A stretch of 64,000 nucleotides of DNA, taken from positions 66,836,001 through 66,900,000 of the forward strand of contig OZ024747.1 of NCBI GenBank assembly GCA_964016885.1. Direction: 5' to 3'. The stretch comes from Eledone cirrhosa (taxonomy: Eukaryota). Under the pieces are notes generated by a model, which was given only the letters and a program-made list of their open reading frames with translations, was not told the origin of the DNA and did no database searches. The position numbers and the translations under genes are program-made. Positions 1 through 14,003 of this stretch are shown here, in pieces (position 1 is the first letter of the stretch; each line of letters begins with the position of its first letter).

Positions 1-40
1 ATTGCTGTCTTTCTATTTGTTAGAATTTTGTTTTTGCTGC

Positions 41-142
41 TGCTGCTGTTGTTGTTATTGTTGTTGTAGTTGTTGTTGTTTGTTGATGTTGTTGTTGTTG
101 TTCTTCTTCTTCTTCTTCTTCTTCTTCTTCTTCTTCTTCTTC
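41..142. repeat. (TGC/TGT)n-(TTC)n compound microsatellite
   Basis: Trinucleotide runs read directly. Confidence 0.95.
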
Positions 143-996
143 AAGTTGTCAGTATTGGTGCAACACTTTATTATACCTCCTCTCCCTCTCCCTGTCTACA
201 CATATGCTGATGCTCACACGCATATGCAAACACACACATGCACACACAAATATATATATATATAAGTAAAAATATATATATATATAAGTAAAAAACAAAT
301 AACAAAAACAATAACGAAGAGTGCAGTACAAACAGTGTTATATATATATAACTACTGGTTCCATGTTACATAAGATAAGGTCTTCAGTTTTCATGTGGTC
401 ACAAAAAGACGACAGAAATATATTAAGATATAGGAGACCATGGAAGACGTATACTGAATATTACGTATTTATATTTAACACAGAGACTGTGGAAGGAAAG
501 GATGAAAGAGAGGGGGGGGGGCAAACAAAGAGAAAGAGAGAAAGAGAGAAAGACAGATAGAGATAAAGAGGGAGAGAAAGAACGAGAGAAATGGCCTTAT
601 TAACCCGTATCTTCTCGCCATTTGTATTTCAATCTTGTATATAAAGTATTGCCTTATATATTTTTCCCAGAGTACCAGCAGAAAGTGGAATATTCCTAGC
701 GTATATTTCCCACTTTTACAATGTTAGGTTTCGGTATAATTCATATATATACTGCAATGTTGCAATGCATTGCGTAGCTTGTAATGCAGAATTGTAGTGC
801 TTGTAATGCAGAGCTTGTAATGCTGTGCTTTTTAATATGGTGCTGGAGTACAGTGCTTGTAATGCACAGCTTGTAATGCTGTGCTGTTAATATGGTGCTG
901 GAGTACAGTGCTTGTAATGCAGAGCTGTTTACACACATCTTAAATTATTTTATCTCTCTACTTCATCTCACTAACTTGGAAACAGCTGTTGTCTTC

Positions 997-1075
997 TATG
1001 TGTGTGTGCGTGTGTGTGTGAATGACTGTGTGGACGTTTATGTGACTGTGTGTGTGTTGTGTGTTGTGTATGCGT

Positions 1076-1115
<40 letters not shown>

Positions 1116-2025
1116 TGTTGGTAGTTTTACGTGCTGAGTTGTATATGACTGTTGTACATTTTGTGAGTTATCGGTGTTGGATGTATGAATATGATGTGTA
1201 AGTTGTGTGTATTGTGTAGTGTGTGTGTGTTGCATGCGTTTGTTGCATGTGCTGTATGCGTCTGTTGTATGTATGTGTTGCAAGTGTATAATATATTCAT
1301 GTGTAATGCGTGGTGTGTGTGTGTGTTGTGTATGCTGTATGAGGAGAGTGCAGTGTGTTTGGCTGAGATCTCATATATGTGTATATATATCACTGTGGAC
1401 TTTTCTACATATGTATGTGTGTGTAACTGTGTGGTGTATGTGTGTGTATAATTGTATGGTGTATGTTTAAGTGTGTGTTAATATATGTATGTGTGTTATG
1501 CAGTGTTTATGTATGACATCACCTATATATCTTTGCAGATATTACTATAAGTGAGTGTGTGTGTGTTGTGTGTAGTACGTGGTGTATACATGTTGAGTAT
1601 GAAAGTGTGTAGGCGTATGTGTAAACTTGTATGTATGTGTGTATGCACAAAAGTATGTATGTGAGTGTGTATATTGTGTATCTTGAGGTGTATGGTGTGA
1701 GTGTGTGTATTGTACATGCAGGAATGTGGATCTGTATGCATGTTTGCCCAAAGGCTTGTAAGTGTATGTGTGTAATATGCATGCAGGAGTGTGTATATGT
1801 ATATGTGATGTGCATGTGTAAGGCGTATATAGAGTATGTGTCGCGCATTACACGTACGCCTGTATGCTTATGTAGAAGTTTACACGTGTTTGTATGTGTG
1901 TGTTTGATATATATGAGGTAGTGTATATGTGAGTATATTCGCACGCATGCGTGTGTCCGTGGTGTTTATGCGTGTATATGTGTGTTTATATGCGTATGTA
2001 TGTATGTATGTGTATGATATGTACG
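997..2025. repeat. Degenerate (TG)n/(TATG)n low-complexity tract
   Basis: TG/TA-rich sequence; overlapping ORFs are only VC/HT/YI repeats. Confidence 0.9.
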
Positions 2026-2073
2026 TTTGTAATTTTTCCTTATCTGAAACTCATGCAACAAAGACAAAAACAT

Positions 2074-2515
2074 ATCATCCTCATCATCTTCATCATCATC
2101 ACTATCACCATCATCAACATCATCATCGTCATTATCATTACCATCACCATCATTATCATCATCATCATCATCATCTTCATCATCATCATCATCATCATTA
2201 TCATCATCATCACTGTCATCATCATCATCACTATCATCATCATTACCATCGTCATCATCATCATCATCAGCAGCAGCAGCAGCAGCAACAGCATCCCCAT
2301 CTCCACCTACATCACCACGTCCATCACCACCGCCATCACCTCCACCACCATCACCACTTCCATCACCACCACCACCTCCATCACCTCCACCACCACTTCC
2401 AACAACACCACCACCACGCCCCACCCATCCATCATCACCCCCATCCGTCATCACCTCCACCACCACCACCGCCTCCACCACCACCACCACCACCACCACC
2501 ACTAACACCACCACT
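2074..2515. repeat. (CAT)n-(CAG)n-(CAC)n compound microsatellite
   Basis: Direct reading; gives artefactual poly-H/Q/P ORFs. Confidence 0.95.
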
Positions 2516-2682
2516 ATTGAATGTTTGTGACTGTTTTGCTGTTAAACTAACCAGTATCTCGGCGAACTGGTTAGTTTAGCTTTAGGGAGTAAACCCGTGT
2601 TTGTTTATGAAGCACGCCGCCCCGCCCCTCAAGGAATTGTGGAAATTAAGTTGGCGGACAAAGATTTTGCGTCTACTAAACG

Positions 2683-3152
2683 AACTGACCGGTTGGCTGT
2701 CCATAGAGTGGAACAGTCAACTGACCGGTTGGCTGTCCATAGAGTGGAACAGTCAACTGACCGGTTGGCTGTCCATAGAGTGGAACAGTCAACTGACCGG
2801 TTGGCTGTCCATAGAGTGGAACAGTCAACTGACCGGTTGGCTGTCCATAGAGTGGAACAGTCAACTGACCGGTTGGCTGTCCATAGAGTGGAACAGTCAA
2901 CTGACCGGTTGGCTGTCCATAGAGTGGAACAGTCAACTGACCGGTTGGCTGTCCATAGAGTGGAACAGTCAACTGACCGGTTGGCTGTCCATAGAGTGGA
3001 ACAGTCAACTGACCGGTTGGCTGTCCATAGAGTGGAACAGTCAACTGACCGGTTGGCTGTCCATAGAGTGGAACAGTCAACTGACCGGTTGGCTGTCCAT
3101 AGAGTGGAACAGTCAACTGACCGGTTGGCTGTCCATAGAGTGGAACAGTCAA
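2683..3152. repeat. 36-bp minisatellite, 13 apparently identical copies (AACTGACCGGTTGGCTGTCCATAGAGTGGAACAGTC)
   Basis: Head-to-tail repeats with no spacers; 12-aa periodicity in the ORF track. Confidence 0.97.
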
Positions 3153-3204
3153 ATTTCAGAAAACAATGACAGCAACAACAATAACAACAGTAATCGTAAC
3201 TATA

Positions 3205-4579
3205 ACAACACTGACAGCAAGTTAAGGATACATGGCCTGTTCTATACAACACTGACAGCAAGTTAAGGATACATGGCCTGTTCTATACAACACTGTCAGA
3301 AGTTAAGGATACATGGCCTGTTCTATACAACACTGACAGCAAGTTAAGGATACATGGCCTGTTCTATACAACACTGTCAGAAGTTAAGGATACATGGCCT
3401 GTTCTATACAACACTGACAGCAAGTTAAGGATACATGGCCTGTTCTATACAACACTGACAGCAAGTTAAGGATACATGGCCTGTTCTATACAACACTGAC
3501 AGCAAGTTAAGGATACATGGCCTGTTCTATACAACACTGACAGCAAGTTAAGGATACATGGCCTGTTCTATACAACACTGACAGCAAGTTAAGGATACAT
3601 GGCCTGTTCTATACAACACTGTCAGAAGTTAAGGATACATGGCCTGTTCTATACAACACTGACAGCAAGTTAAGGATACATGGCCTGTTCTATACAACAC
3701 TGACAGCAAGTTAAGGATACATGGCCTGTTCTATACAACACTGTCAGAAGTTAAGGATACATGGCCTGTTCTATACAACACTGACAGCAAGTTAAGGATA
3801 CATGGCCTGTTCTATACAACACTGTCAGAAGTTAAGGATACATGGCCTGTTCTATACAACACTGACAGCAAGTTAAGGATACATGGCCTGTTCTATACAA
3901 CACTGTCAGAAGTTAAGGATACATGGCCTGTTCTATACAACACTGACAGCAAGTTAAGGATACATGGCCTGTTCTATACAACACTGTCAGAAGTTAAGGA
4001 TACATGGCCTGTTCTATACAACACTGACAGCAAGTTAAGGATACATGGCCTGTTCTATACAACACTGACAGCAAGTTAAGGATACATGGCCTGTTCTATA
4101 CAACACTGACAGCAAGTTAAGGATACATGGCCTGTTCTATACAACACTGACAGCAAGTTAAGGATACATGGCCTGTTCTATACAACACTGACAGCAAGTT
4201 AAGGATACATGGCCTGTTCTATACAACACTGACAGCAAGTTAAGGATACATGGCCTGTTCTATACAACACTGACAGCAAGTTAAGGATACATGGCCTGTT
4301 CTATACAACACTGACAGCAAGTTAAGGATACATGGCCTGTTCTATACAACACTGACAGCAAGTTAAGGATACATGGCCTGTTCTATACAACACTGACAGC
4401 AAGTTAAGGATACATGGCCTGTTCTATACAACACTGACAGCAAGTTAAGGATACATGGCCTGTTCTATACAACACTGACAGCAAGTTAAGGATACATGGC
4501 CTGTTCTATACAACACTGACAGCAAGTTAAGGATACATGGCCTGTTCTATACAACACTGACAGCAAGTTAAGGATACAT
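3205..4579. repeat. 41/40-bp minisatellite, ~33 copies, two interspersed variants
   Basis: Unit ACAACACTGACAGCAAGTTAAGGATACATGGCCTGTTCTAT; the 40-bp variant has CTGTCAGAAG in place of CTGACAGCAAG. Confidence 0.97.
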
Positions 4580-5646
4580 TTAAGAAGCTGAAGCAGACAC
4601 ATTTACACATAGCTGCTGTTATTAGCCTGCGAAATGCTTGGACAGAGATCAGACATATATACATAACTACGACTCATAGCCTGTGAAGTGCCTGCATAGA
4701 CATCTTGAATATCTTGTGTTGTTACTGCACAACATACTCACTCATAATCTGTTGCCAAATCCAGGATTGATTTGTGATTAACTGTCCCCCTCTCTATAAA
4801 AAAAAGTACCAGCCTAATACTGGCGTTGATTCTTCCTCTATATCTCTTTCACACTTCCTCTATCTAAATTTCTATCTGCTGTACTCGGGCCTGGAGAGAA
4901 GATGGGCTCCGCTAGGCTTCAAATGATCAAACTCTCCCCCTCTCTATATCTACCACATGGAACTTTCTTTCAATACCCTTCTCTATATCAATAAACATCA
5001 ATCTCTCCCCCTTTCTATATCTAATATAAAACACACTCACCCAAACCCCCTCACAATATCATTTACTACCGAACTCCCCCCTCTCTATATCTACCATACA
5101 ACACTCTCCTTCTCTATATCTACTACAAGGTACTCTCTTCATTTCCCCCTCTCTATATCAATTAGCACTAATCTCTCCCCCTCTCTATATCTATATCTAT
5201 CTCTCCCACCTGTCTCTACATAACATGCACATAAATTGTAGCGAATTTACAAGTAGATGTGTGTTTTGGTAGTTTGTAGAAAAAATACAGTTATTGGAGG
5301 AGCTGTGCCCCGTTGCCGTCCCCCTCCACCGCCTCTCATATCAATATTTAAGTATATATACATAAGTATATGTATATGAACATATATCTAAGTATATATA
5401 TGTATATATTTATATATCAATGTAAATATATACATATATATGTATATATTTATATATATATATGTATATATTTATATATATATATTTAAGTATATATATA
5501 TGGCTTCTACAAGATTAGAACTGGTTCTTTCGAATGAAACAGTTCTAGTCCCGTAGAAGCCATTTCTATATTAAATTTTGTATATACTCTACTAATGTAT
5601 TGAGTACCTTACTGTGGTTACCCCCGATTGAACCCGGGACTCCTAC

Positions 5647-5700
<54 letters not shown>

Positions 5701-5733
5701 ATATCTATATGTATATATATGTAAGTATATGTG

Positions 5734-7158
<1,425 letters not shown>

Positions 7159-7439
7159 ATATATATATATATATATATATATACATGAATCAATAGAACA
7201 CAATAATAATAATGATATATATATATATGTATATATATATATGTATATATATATATGTATATATATATATGTGCGTGTGTGTGTATTTAAGTTTGTGTGT
7301 GTATATGTCTGTGTGTGATTGTGCCTTTTCAGCGTGTCATCTCTTCGGTATCTCATCCAAATCATATTCGCTGCCATCTTTTATATAATTCGCCTTACTA
7401 AACTAATCAATCTCATAGTTAATACGATGACACAGAACA

Positions 7440-7840
7440 ATTACCACTACTACTACTACCACTACTTCTACTACCTACACTATCAATGCCACTACTATCA
7501 CCATTACAATCATTGTTGTTATTACTGTTATTGATAATAATATGACGACATAGAACAGTCACTACTACCATTCCTATAGCCGTCACCATCACAATACAAC
7601 TACTATAAGTCCCACTACCAACACTACTTCTACTATCACCACCACCACCATCACTACTACTCCTACTACCACCACCAATATCACTACTACTACTACTACC
7701 ACCACCAATATCACTACTACTACTACTACTACTACTTCTACTACTACTAACCCTAACACTACCATCACAACTTCCATAACTATCATCTCTTATACTACCA
7801 GTACTACCACCACTACCACCTCTCTCACTACTACTACTAT
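7440..7840. repeat. (CTA)n/(CCA)n degenerate microsatellite
   Basis: Direct reading. Confidence 0.85.
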
Positions 7841-7895
7841 AAGTACCTGTAATTTCGTTGCTATCGCTACTACAAAAGCTACCACCCCTACCATT

Positions 7896-8255
7896 AATAA
7901 TTGCTTTTTCTATGTCAGGCACAGGGCCAGCAATTTTTATGGAGGGGAAAGTCGATTAAATCGACCTCAATGCATTACTGGTGCTTTATTTTATCGAGCC
8001 CGTATTGATGTAAGGCAAAGCTAACCTCGAGGGGATTTGAATTCAGAAAGTAAAGAGCCGTAACTCTATGCTGCAAAGCAGGATGTCTGGTTCTCTACCG
8101 ATACTGTCAATCCCCTGCCCTCCCACTGTCACTACCATTAATAATTGTTTCTACTTTTGGCACAAGACCTGCAACTACCCAGTACATTACTGGTACTTTA
8201 TTTTATCGACCCTGTAAGGATGAAAGGCAAAGTTAACCTCGACGGGATTTGAACT
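7896..8255 (-). mobile_element. Two adjacent copies of the abundant tRNA-derived SINE (7896-8120, 8140-8255)
   Basis: Reverse complement of the repeated core GAGTTCAAATCCCGCCGAGGTTAACTTTGCCTTTCATCCTTACGGGGTCGATAAAATAAAGTACCAG; B-box-like GAGTTCAAATCC. Confidence 0.85.
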
Positions 8256-9074
8256 ACCATTAATAATACAACTACAACTAGTACTATAACTTCCATCACT
8301 AATACTACAACTCTTACTACCAACGGCACTACTAACCCAAAAACTAGAATTTCCTACACTACCATAATTACCCCTACCCTAACTGTTAAAACTACTCTCA
8401 CTAATGTCATTATTACCACTATCTGTTTCTATCACATTTACATCAGAAAGAACTGCGGTAACGTGAAGTGGTGGGCAATCAGAAACCACCAGCACAATAA
8501 CGACTGCAACCAACCACGAGGAAACTCCTCTGAAACAAAATTCAAACGACAAAGATAAAACCGAAACGCACACGGACATAAATCAAGCATCGTCTGACTC
8601 AACTAATGAAGATCCTAGCGATAAAAAACATTGAAATATTGGAAAATGTGGGAAATAGAGAGAGAGAGAGTAACAAAACGAAAGAAGAATTGGCAAAGCC
8701 TTACCACAAAGGTCAAAAGTTTTAGAAGGACAAAACCCAACAAAAAACAAAGCAGTGGAACAAAGCTAACAGTAACGCTAATTACTCAACGACAAGAGCA
8801 ACAACAACAGCTACAAAAGCAGCAACAAAAATAGCAGAAAAACCGACAGAAAAAGCAAGCAAATGAACAACGAAGGACAAGATAATGTGCAAGCCCGGGG
8901 AGGTCAACATCAGCAACAGGTACAACCAATAAAACAACTACAACAGCTAAATACGGAAAAATTTAAAGCAACACAGCAACAGAAACCAAATTAGTAACAA
9001 CAGCACCAGGAGCAGCAGCAGCAAGAGCAACTATAACATAATTCATTGAAACACAATAACAAACAACTCCCTGC

Positions 9075-9430
9075 AATTTCACGGTTGTCCTGGAGTTAGA
9101 GGTAAGAACGGTATTACTGGACCTGGAAAGTAGATCCATGGTTCTGAACGCGAGCAACAGAGAAGACGATCAGGATGCTTTTAGGCTAGTTGCTGTTTAT
9201 GTCTCGACAGTAGCTAGAAGATCGAACGTCTTTATAGTTTAGAGACTTTCCTGGAAACCTCTTTCTCTTTAGTATTAGTGAATGATTGCAACAATATTTT
9301 GGTTGCACTTAAGAATTATTCAGAAATAGCTGAGAGTACAGAGTTGGGTGCTAAAGCCTTACAAAACTGCGTAGGTGCTTCCAACTGTCTGACAGGTTTC
9401 GTCTGCATTCTCCAAATGTGCCTGGGAGGA
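9075..9430 (+). pseudogene. Degraded Tx1/L1 ORF2 APE-endonuclease fragment
   Basis: Translates as LELEVRTVLLDLESRSMVLNAS..DQDAFRLVAVYVST..LETFLETSFSLVLVNDCN, matching LDLAIRAIFLDPEGKLVVLDV..EQAFRLVAVYAPT..LETFLGTSHSLVLVGDWN at 62829-63710; frameshifted. Confidence 0.75.
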
Positions 9431-9524
9431 TTTAGACAAATGACAGCAGGACAACCAGTGATCTCCGGCCACTAATCACTCATTCAATGAGATAATAAGC
9501 TTGCAATTGAAAATTCATACATAG

Positions 9525-9561
<37 letters not shown>

Positions 9562-9576
9562 CTCTCAGGCACTCAC

Positions 9577-9656
<80 letters not shown>

Positions 9657-9688
9657 TATATATATATTAGAAAAAACGAGGAAGCTTC

Positions 9689-9726
<38 letters not shown>

Positions 9727-10288
9727 TATTTTCCCGGTTACAAAATGGGAATGTCGATTTTATTGATTTTATTGAACACTCTGAACTTCTTATGTTCTTG
9801 CTTGAATTCATTTTCTTCTAGTCCTCATGTTCCCAGAAATAACATTTCCTTACGTATTTACATTGTATATATAACTTATATAACTATATATAACACTATA
9901 TAACTATATATAACACTATATAACTATATATAACACTATACAACTCTGTACCACTCTATAATTCTATATAACTATATAGCTATATACAAGAGCATAACTA
10001 TATAAATATATTTAACTATTTATAAGTCAGTGATACGGAAAGTGTTTTCTTATTCACACAGAGGAACTAATTTGAATATTGATGTCAGCTTGACAACTGC
10101 TCTCCAACATTAATATTCAACAGCGTACCTTCATAATAAAAAAGAATTCTCAGCTACACTGCATTCATTTATACATACATATATACATATATTCATTCAT
10201 ACCTATATACATAGATACATACATGTATACATACATATATATACATAGATATATAGATACATATATACATAGATACATACATGTAGTG

Positions 10289-10319
<31 letters not shown>

Positions 10320-10366
10320 AAATCTTTACACACACAAGCACACACTCACATATACACGCGCACACT

Positions 10367-10401
<35 letters not shown>

Positions 10402-10451
10402 ATACGTGCGAGCGCACCCACACACACGCGTAACGCACACACATCACTATA

Positions 10452-10637
10452 GCAGTATCGGTAGAGGGTCGGACGCCATGCTTTGACGCATAGAGTTACG
10501 GCCCTTGCCATTCTGAGTTCAAATCCCGCCGAAGTTAACTTTGCCTTTCATCCTTACGGGGTCGATAAAATAAAGTACCAGTAATACACTGGTTAATTGC
10601 TGGCCTTGTGCCAAAAGTAGAAACAATTATTATTATT
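10452..10637 (+). mobile_element. tRNA-derived SINE (short variant) with (ATT)n tail
   Basis: Matches the other SINE copies in the window. Confidence 0.88.
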
Positions 10638-10833
10638 AACACTTCTTAGGTATACTGACTACGGTGTAACACCAAATTTGGAATATTACATCTGCAACCA
10701 GACCCATATTGGCAGTGAGTGTTCAAACTGGTGAACAATAGTAACTAAACGCTACACACCAATCAACTATGCATATAAATATATATATATATAAGAGAAA
10801 TAGGATTTCGCCTCAAGCATAGCTTTATACAAT

Positions 10834-11315
10834 ATGTATAAATATTTTGTATCTCCAAAGAAATACAGTTTTAGGAAGCCGTAGCTATGCAAACACCGGG
10901 GGGCTAACGCTCTCCAGTGATGTCCAGCAGAAGCAAGGGGGACAACCGTCTATACATTTCAGGCTTAACTGGCCTTCATCAGGACGGTCCCTCCCACCGC
11001 TTGCGACTGCTGGACTAGAAGACAGTTGAGAATATATACTTTTCTGGTCTGTGTAAATGAGGTGATTAATCTCATTTGCATATGAAGCTGCATAAGTTGG
11101 CTCAACTTATAATATATTCTCAGCTGCCTTCTAGTCCAGCAGTCGCAAGCGGTGGGAGGGACCGTCCTGACGAAGGCCAGTTAAGCCTTAAATGCATAGA
11201 CGGTTGTCCCCCTTGCTTCTGCTGGAAATCACCGGAGGGCGTTAGCCCCCCGGTGTTTGCATAGCTACGGCTTCCTAAAACTGTATTTCTTTGGAGATAC
11301 AAAATATTTATACAT
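10834..11315. mobile_element. Penelope pLTR-derived inverted repeat (~200-bp arms, ~70-bp spacer), one hammerhead per arm
   Basis: 10834-11038 is the near-perfect reverse complement of 11112-11315. Confidence 0.78.
10945..10988 (-). ncRNA. Minimal type I hammerhead ribozyme, canonical core; plus-strand twin 11161-11204 has GAAA>TAAA
   Basis: Minus strand: ACCGTC-CTGATGA-AGGC cagttaa GCCT-GAAA-tgta-TA-GACGGT. Confidence 0.88.
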
Positions 11316-11559
11316 ATATGTATATATATTTGTGTGTGTGTATACTTGAGTGTGTGTTTGTGTGAGTGTGTATGCATGTATGTATTGTGTAAGCGTGTGT
11401 ATATGTGTATGAACGTATTTATGTATGTGTGGAGAAGTATCTTTACATGTGACTATATAAATTTCAAAAGCATGAGTGTACACGTCATATCAAACAGTTT
11501 ATATTGTTTGTATATTAAACTGTGACAAGTCCAAAATGATATGACGCTTCAACCTTTCT

Positions 11560-11880
11560 GACTAGAACTTTTGGTACTCGAAGATCCATGGCACATCACC
11601 GTTGATGTCTGTCCTCAGCAAGTCTAGTTTGGTTTCAATACGTTCGAGAATGTCCTGACACACCTACATGCCCCGTTCCTTCTGGTCATCATTCAGCAGC
11701 TTCGGCACCATCTTCACGCAGATCTTCACGGTGATAATTTTAATCCTCCAAATACTCACGTGGTCCATGCCTAGCTCTCTTGCGATCAGTCGGACAGTCA
11801 GCCGACGATCGCCACGCACCCTCTGCCTCACGTACTCAACGTTGAATGCCTTCCGCTCCTGGGGTCGTTTTGTGCACCTC
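11560..11880 (-). pseudogene. Degraded mariner (Tc1/mariner) transposase fragment
   Basis: Minus strand reads ..DPRSGR..VRGDRRLTVRLIARELGMDHVSIW..KICVKMVPKLLNDDQKER..VCQDILERIETKLDLL..NGDVPWIFEY, resembling the mariner HTH, WVPHEL linker and TGDETW motif; contains stops and frameshifts. Confidence 0.8.
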
Positions 11881-11911
11881 TAACATTTTGTGCCTCTCTA
11901 AACCCACGAAC

Positions 11912-12412
11912 GCTGTCACGTGAACAAGTTCATTAAATTTAGCGCCCGTAGCGGAATTTAATAATGAACTTGTTCACGTGACAGCCATAATTTCATTTAT
12001 AACCAATCAAATTACATTTAAAAAAAAAAAGCCTTCGTGAGCCTCTTTTTTTTAGTAAAAAGAAATTCAAACACTCATATATGAAAAAACAACCTGAGTC
12101 CCCCCCCCCCCACCCCCACCCCTTGTTTGAAGAACTTTGTAACGCGAACTGGCGCGAAATTTATTATACTTATTGACCAACCAATCAAATTACTTCTCTA
12201 AAAACCTGGCGTTTCGAGCCACTTTTTTTCCATATAAAACAAGTAACATTCAAAGACCAACCAGATGTGAGAAAAACCACAGACCCTCCATCTCAACTCT
12301 ACTTTTGAAAAGCAGAAGAACTGCGAAACCGGTAAAGGAACCAAATAAATATATATATATTTTTTTTAAATAAGACTCCTGTTGCATTTTCGATTTCATC
12401 TTTTTTTCTTTA
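11912..12412 (+). mobile_element. Penelope pLTR copy (same family as 45638-48414) with a 5' fold-back junction and a U3-A8 hammerhead at 12302-12338
   Basis: High similarity to 47920-48350; GCTGTCACGTGAACAAGTTCATTA..TAATGAACTTGTTCACGTGACAGC hairpin at 11912-11985; ends at (TA)n. Confidence 0.82.
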
Positions 12413-14003
12413 TATATATATATATATATATATATGGAAAGTTATATTTAAATTGTTGGGTTACAACTAGTAAATATTTATAACTGATATAAAAGCACTC
12501 AACAAGTATTTGGAGTATATTTACGATATTAAATAAATGGAAACTATATTTATAAAACCATATTTATTTCATTATATATATTTCAGGGATATCATATTAA
12601 CAATATGTTATGCCTTCCTCAGACAAAATACAATATAGACAGTTTTATAGATAAATAGATTTGACATACCGTTCAACATCGACTTGTATTTGAAAAAGTT
12701 GATTTGGCAGTGAAAAATTGTAAACAGAAAGAAAGAAAGAGAGAAAGAAGGAAAGAAAGAAAGAAAACGAAGAAAAAGAAGAAAAAGAAGAAATGCATGC
12801 AACAAAATAGAGAGATGGAAAAATAGAAATGGAAAGATAGATAAAGGGAAGAACTTCATGTAAAGAAACAGAGAGAGATATATATAGAGAGAGGAAATAG
12901 ATAGAGATAGATATATATAGAGAAAAGTAGGTAGTTGAACATCCGTTGAATGAACTTATCAATGATACATTTATTTATTTATTTATTTATTTAGCTCTAG
13001 TATTAATGTAAGGGAGATATATGTGGTTAGGAAAGAAACCAGCCGTTATATAGAGAGAAAAATGAAAAGTAACCAGACATAGGCGAGGTAGAATTTAAAA
13101 ACCCTATGTTTTAATGTAGAAATATTAGTTCGTATAAAAACCAGACACTATAATGTAAATATCAGTATTCTTGAATGAGACACGTATCCATAATGTGTGA
13201 AAAGTAATGATCTTATGTCTAGTTTTAAAAATGCATATGTTTATATGATAACTACAAACATCGATGTGAATTTACGTGATCAACTCTGCAAACCCCTATT
13301 TCACACGGAGAACATTCTCATTGTGCTATAAAAATTTAAGTATACATATATGTGTATATATACACATATATATAGAGTCTATATTAATTTTAACAATACT
13401 ATTCTTGTCTTTACTCTACATGATTATCTATCAAGCAGAAATAGAGAACAGATTTCAATATATTAATAAAAAGTATCAGAAACAAAAACAAAAAATAATA
13501 ATAATAATAATAATAAACAAATAAATAAAATAGAAAACTAAAAAATATTACATATTAAAAATAAAAATATTAAAGATATTAAAAAATATTGAAATAATAA
13601 AAATAAAAACATAATAGAAACATAATATGCCACGCAAATCGACCACAAAGATCAACCCTTCAAAATTAATTGACAATATATTGCCAAGTTCATTATAAGC
13701 ATCAGAGTCGAAAACAGATAAAGCTAAAAATTATTTACCAAATCGCGTCTAGCAGAAATCATTTCAAAAAGTTTAGGATGCCCATTTGGTCTACATATGT
13801 TCTTATATTTAATATAGAAGTTTATCTAGTGTAACGTTTATTCGAAATATTTGGAGCATCAACTTTTAGGGTAGTTTAATTTTTCATGAAGAATGTTTAA
13901 ATAAAAATAAAAATAAAAATAAAAATAAAAAGAAGAATAAAAAGAAGAAATCGAAAGATTTATCGGCTAGTTTCCCAAATAATTATAAATCAAACTAAAT
14001 ATA

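Noticed and set aside
1929-2579. His/Gln/Pro-rich 216-aa ORF and the many YI/HT/VC/LS ORFs across the window
   Set aside because: These are translations of microsatellites.
2597-3266. Repeat-protein ORFs (TDRLAVHRVEQS)n and other frames
   Set aside because: Several frames on both strands are open only because the 36-bp unit lacks stops; no sign of coding function.
2683-4579. 36-bp and 41-bp repeats as CRISPR arrays
   Set aside because: Units are contiguous with no unique spacers, there are no cas genes, and the context is eukaryotic.
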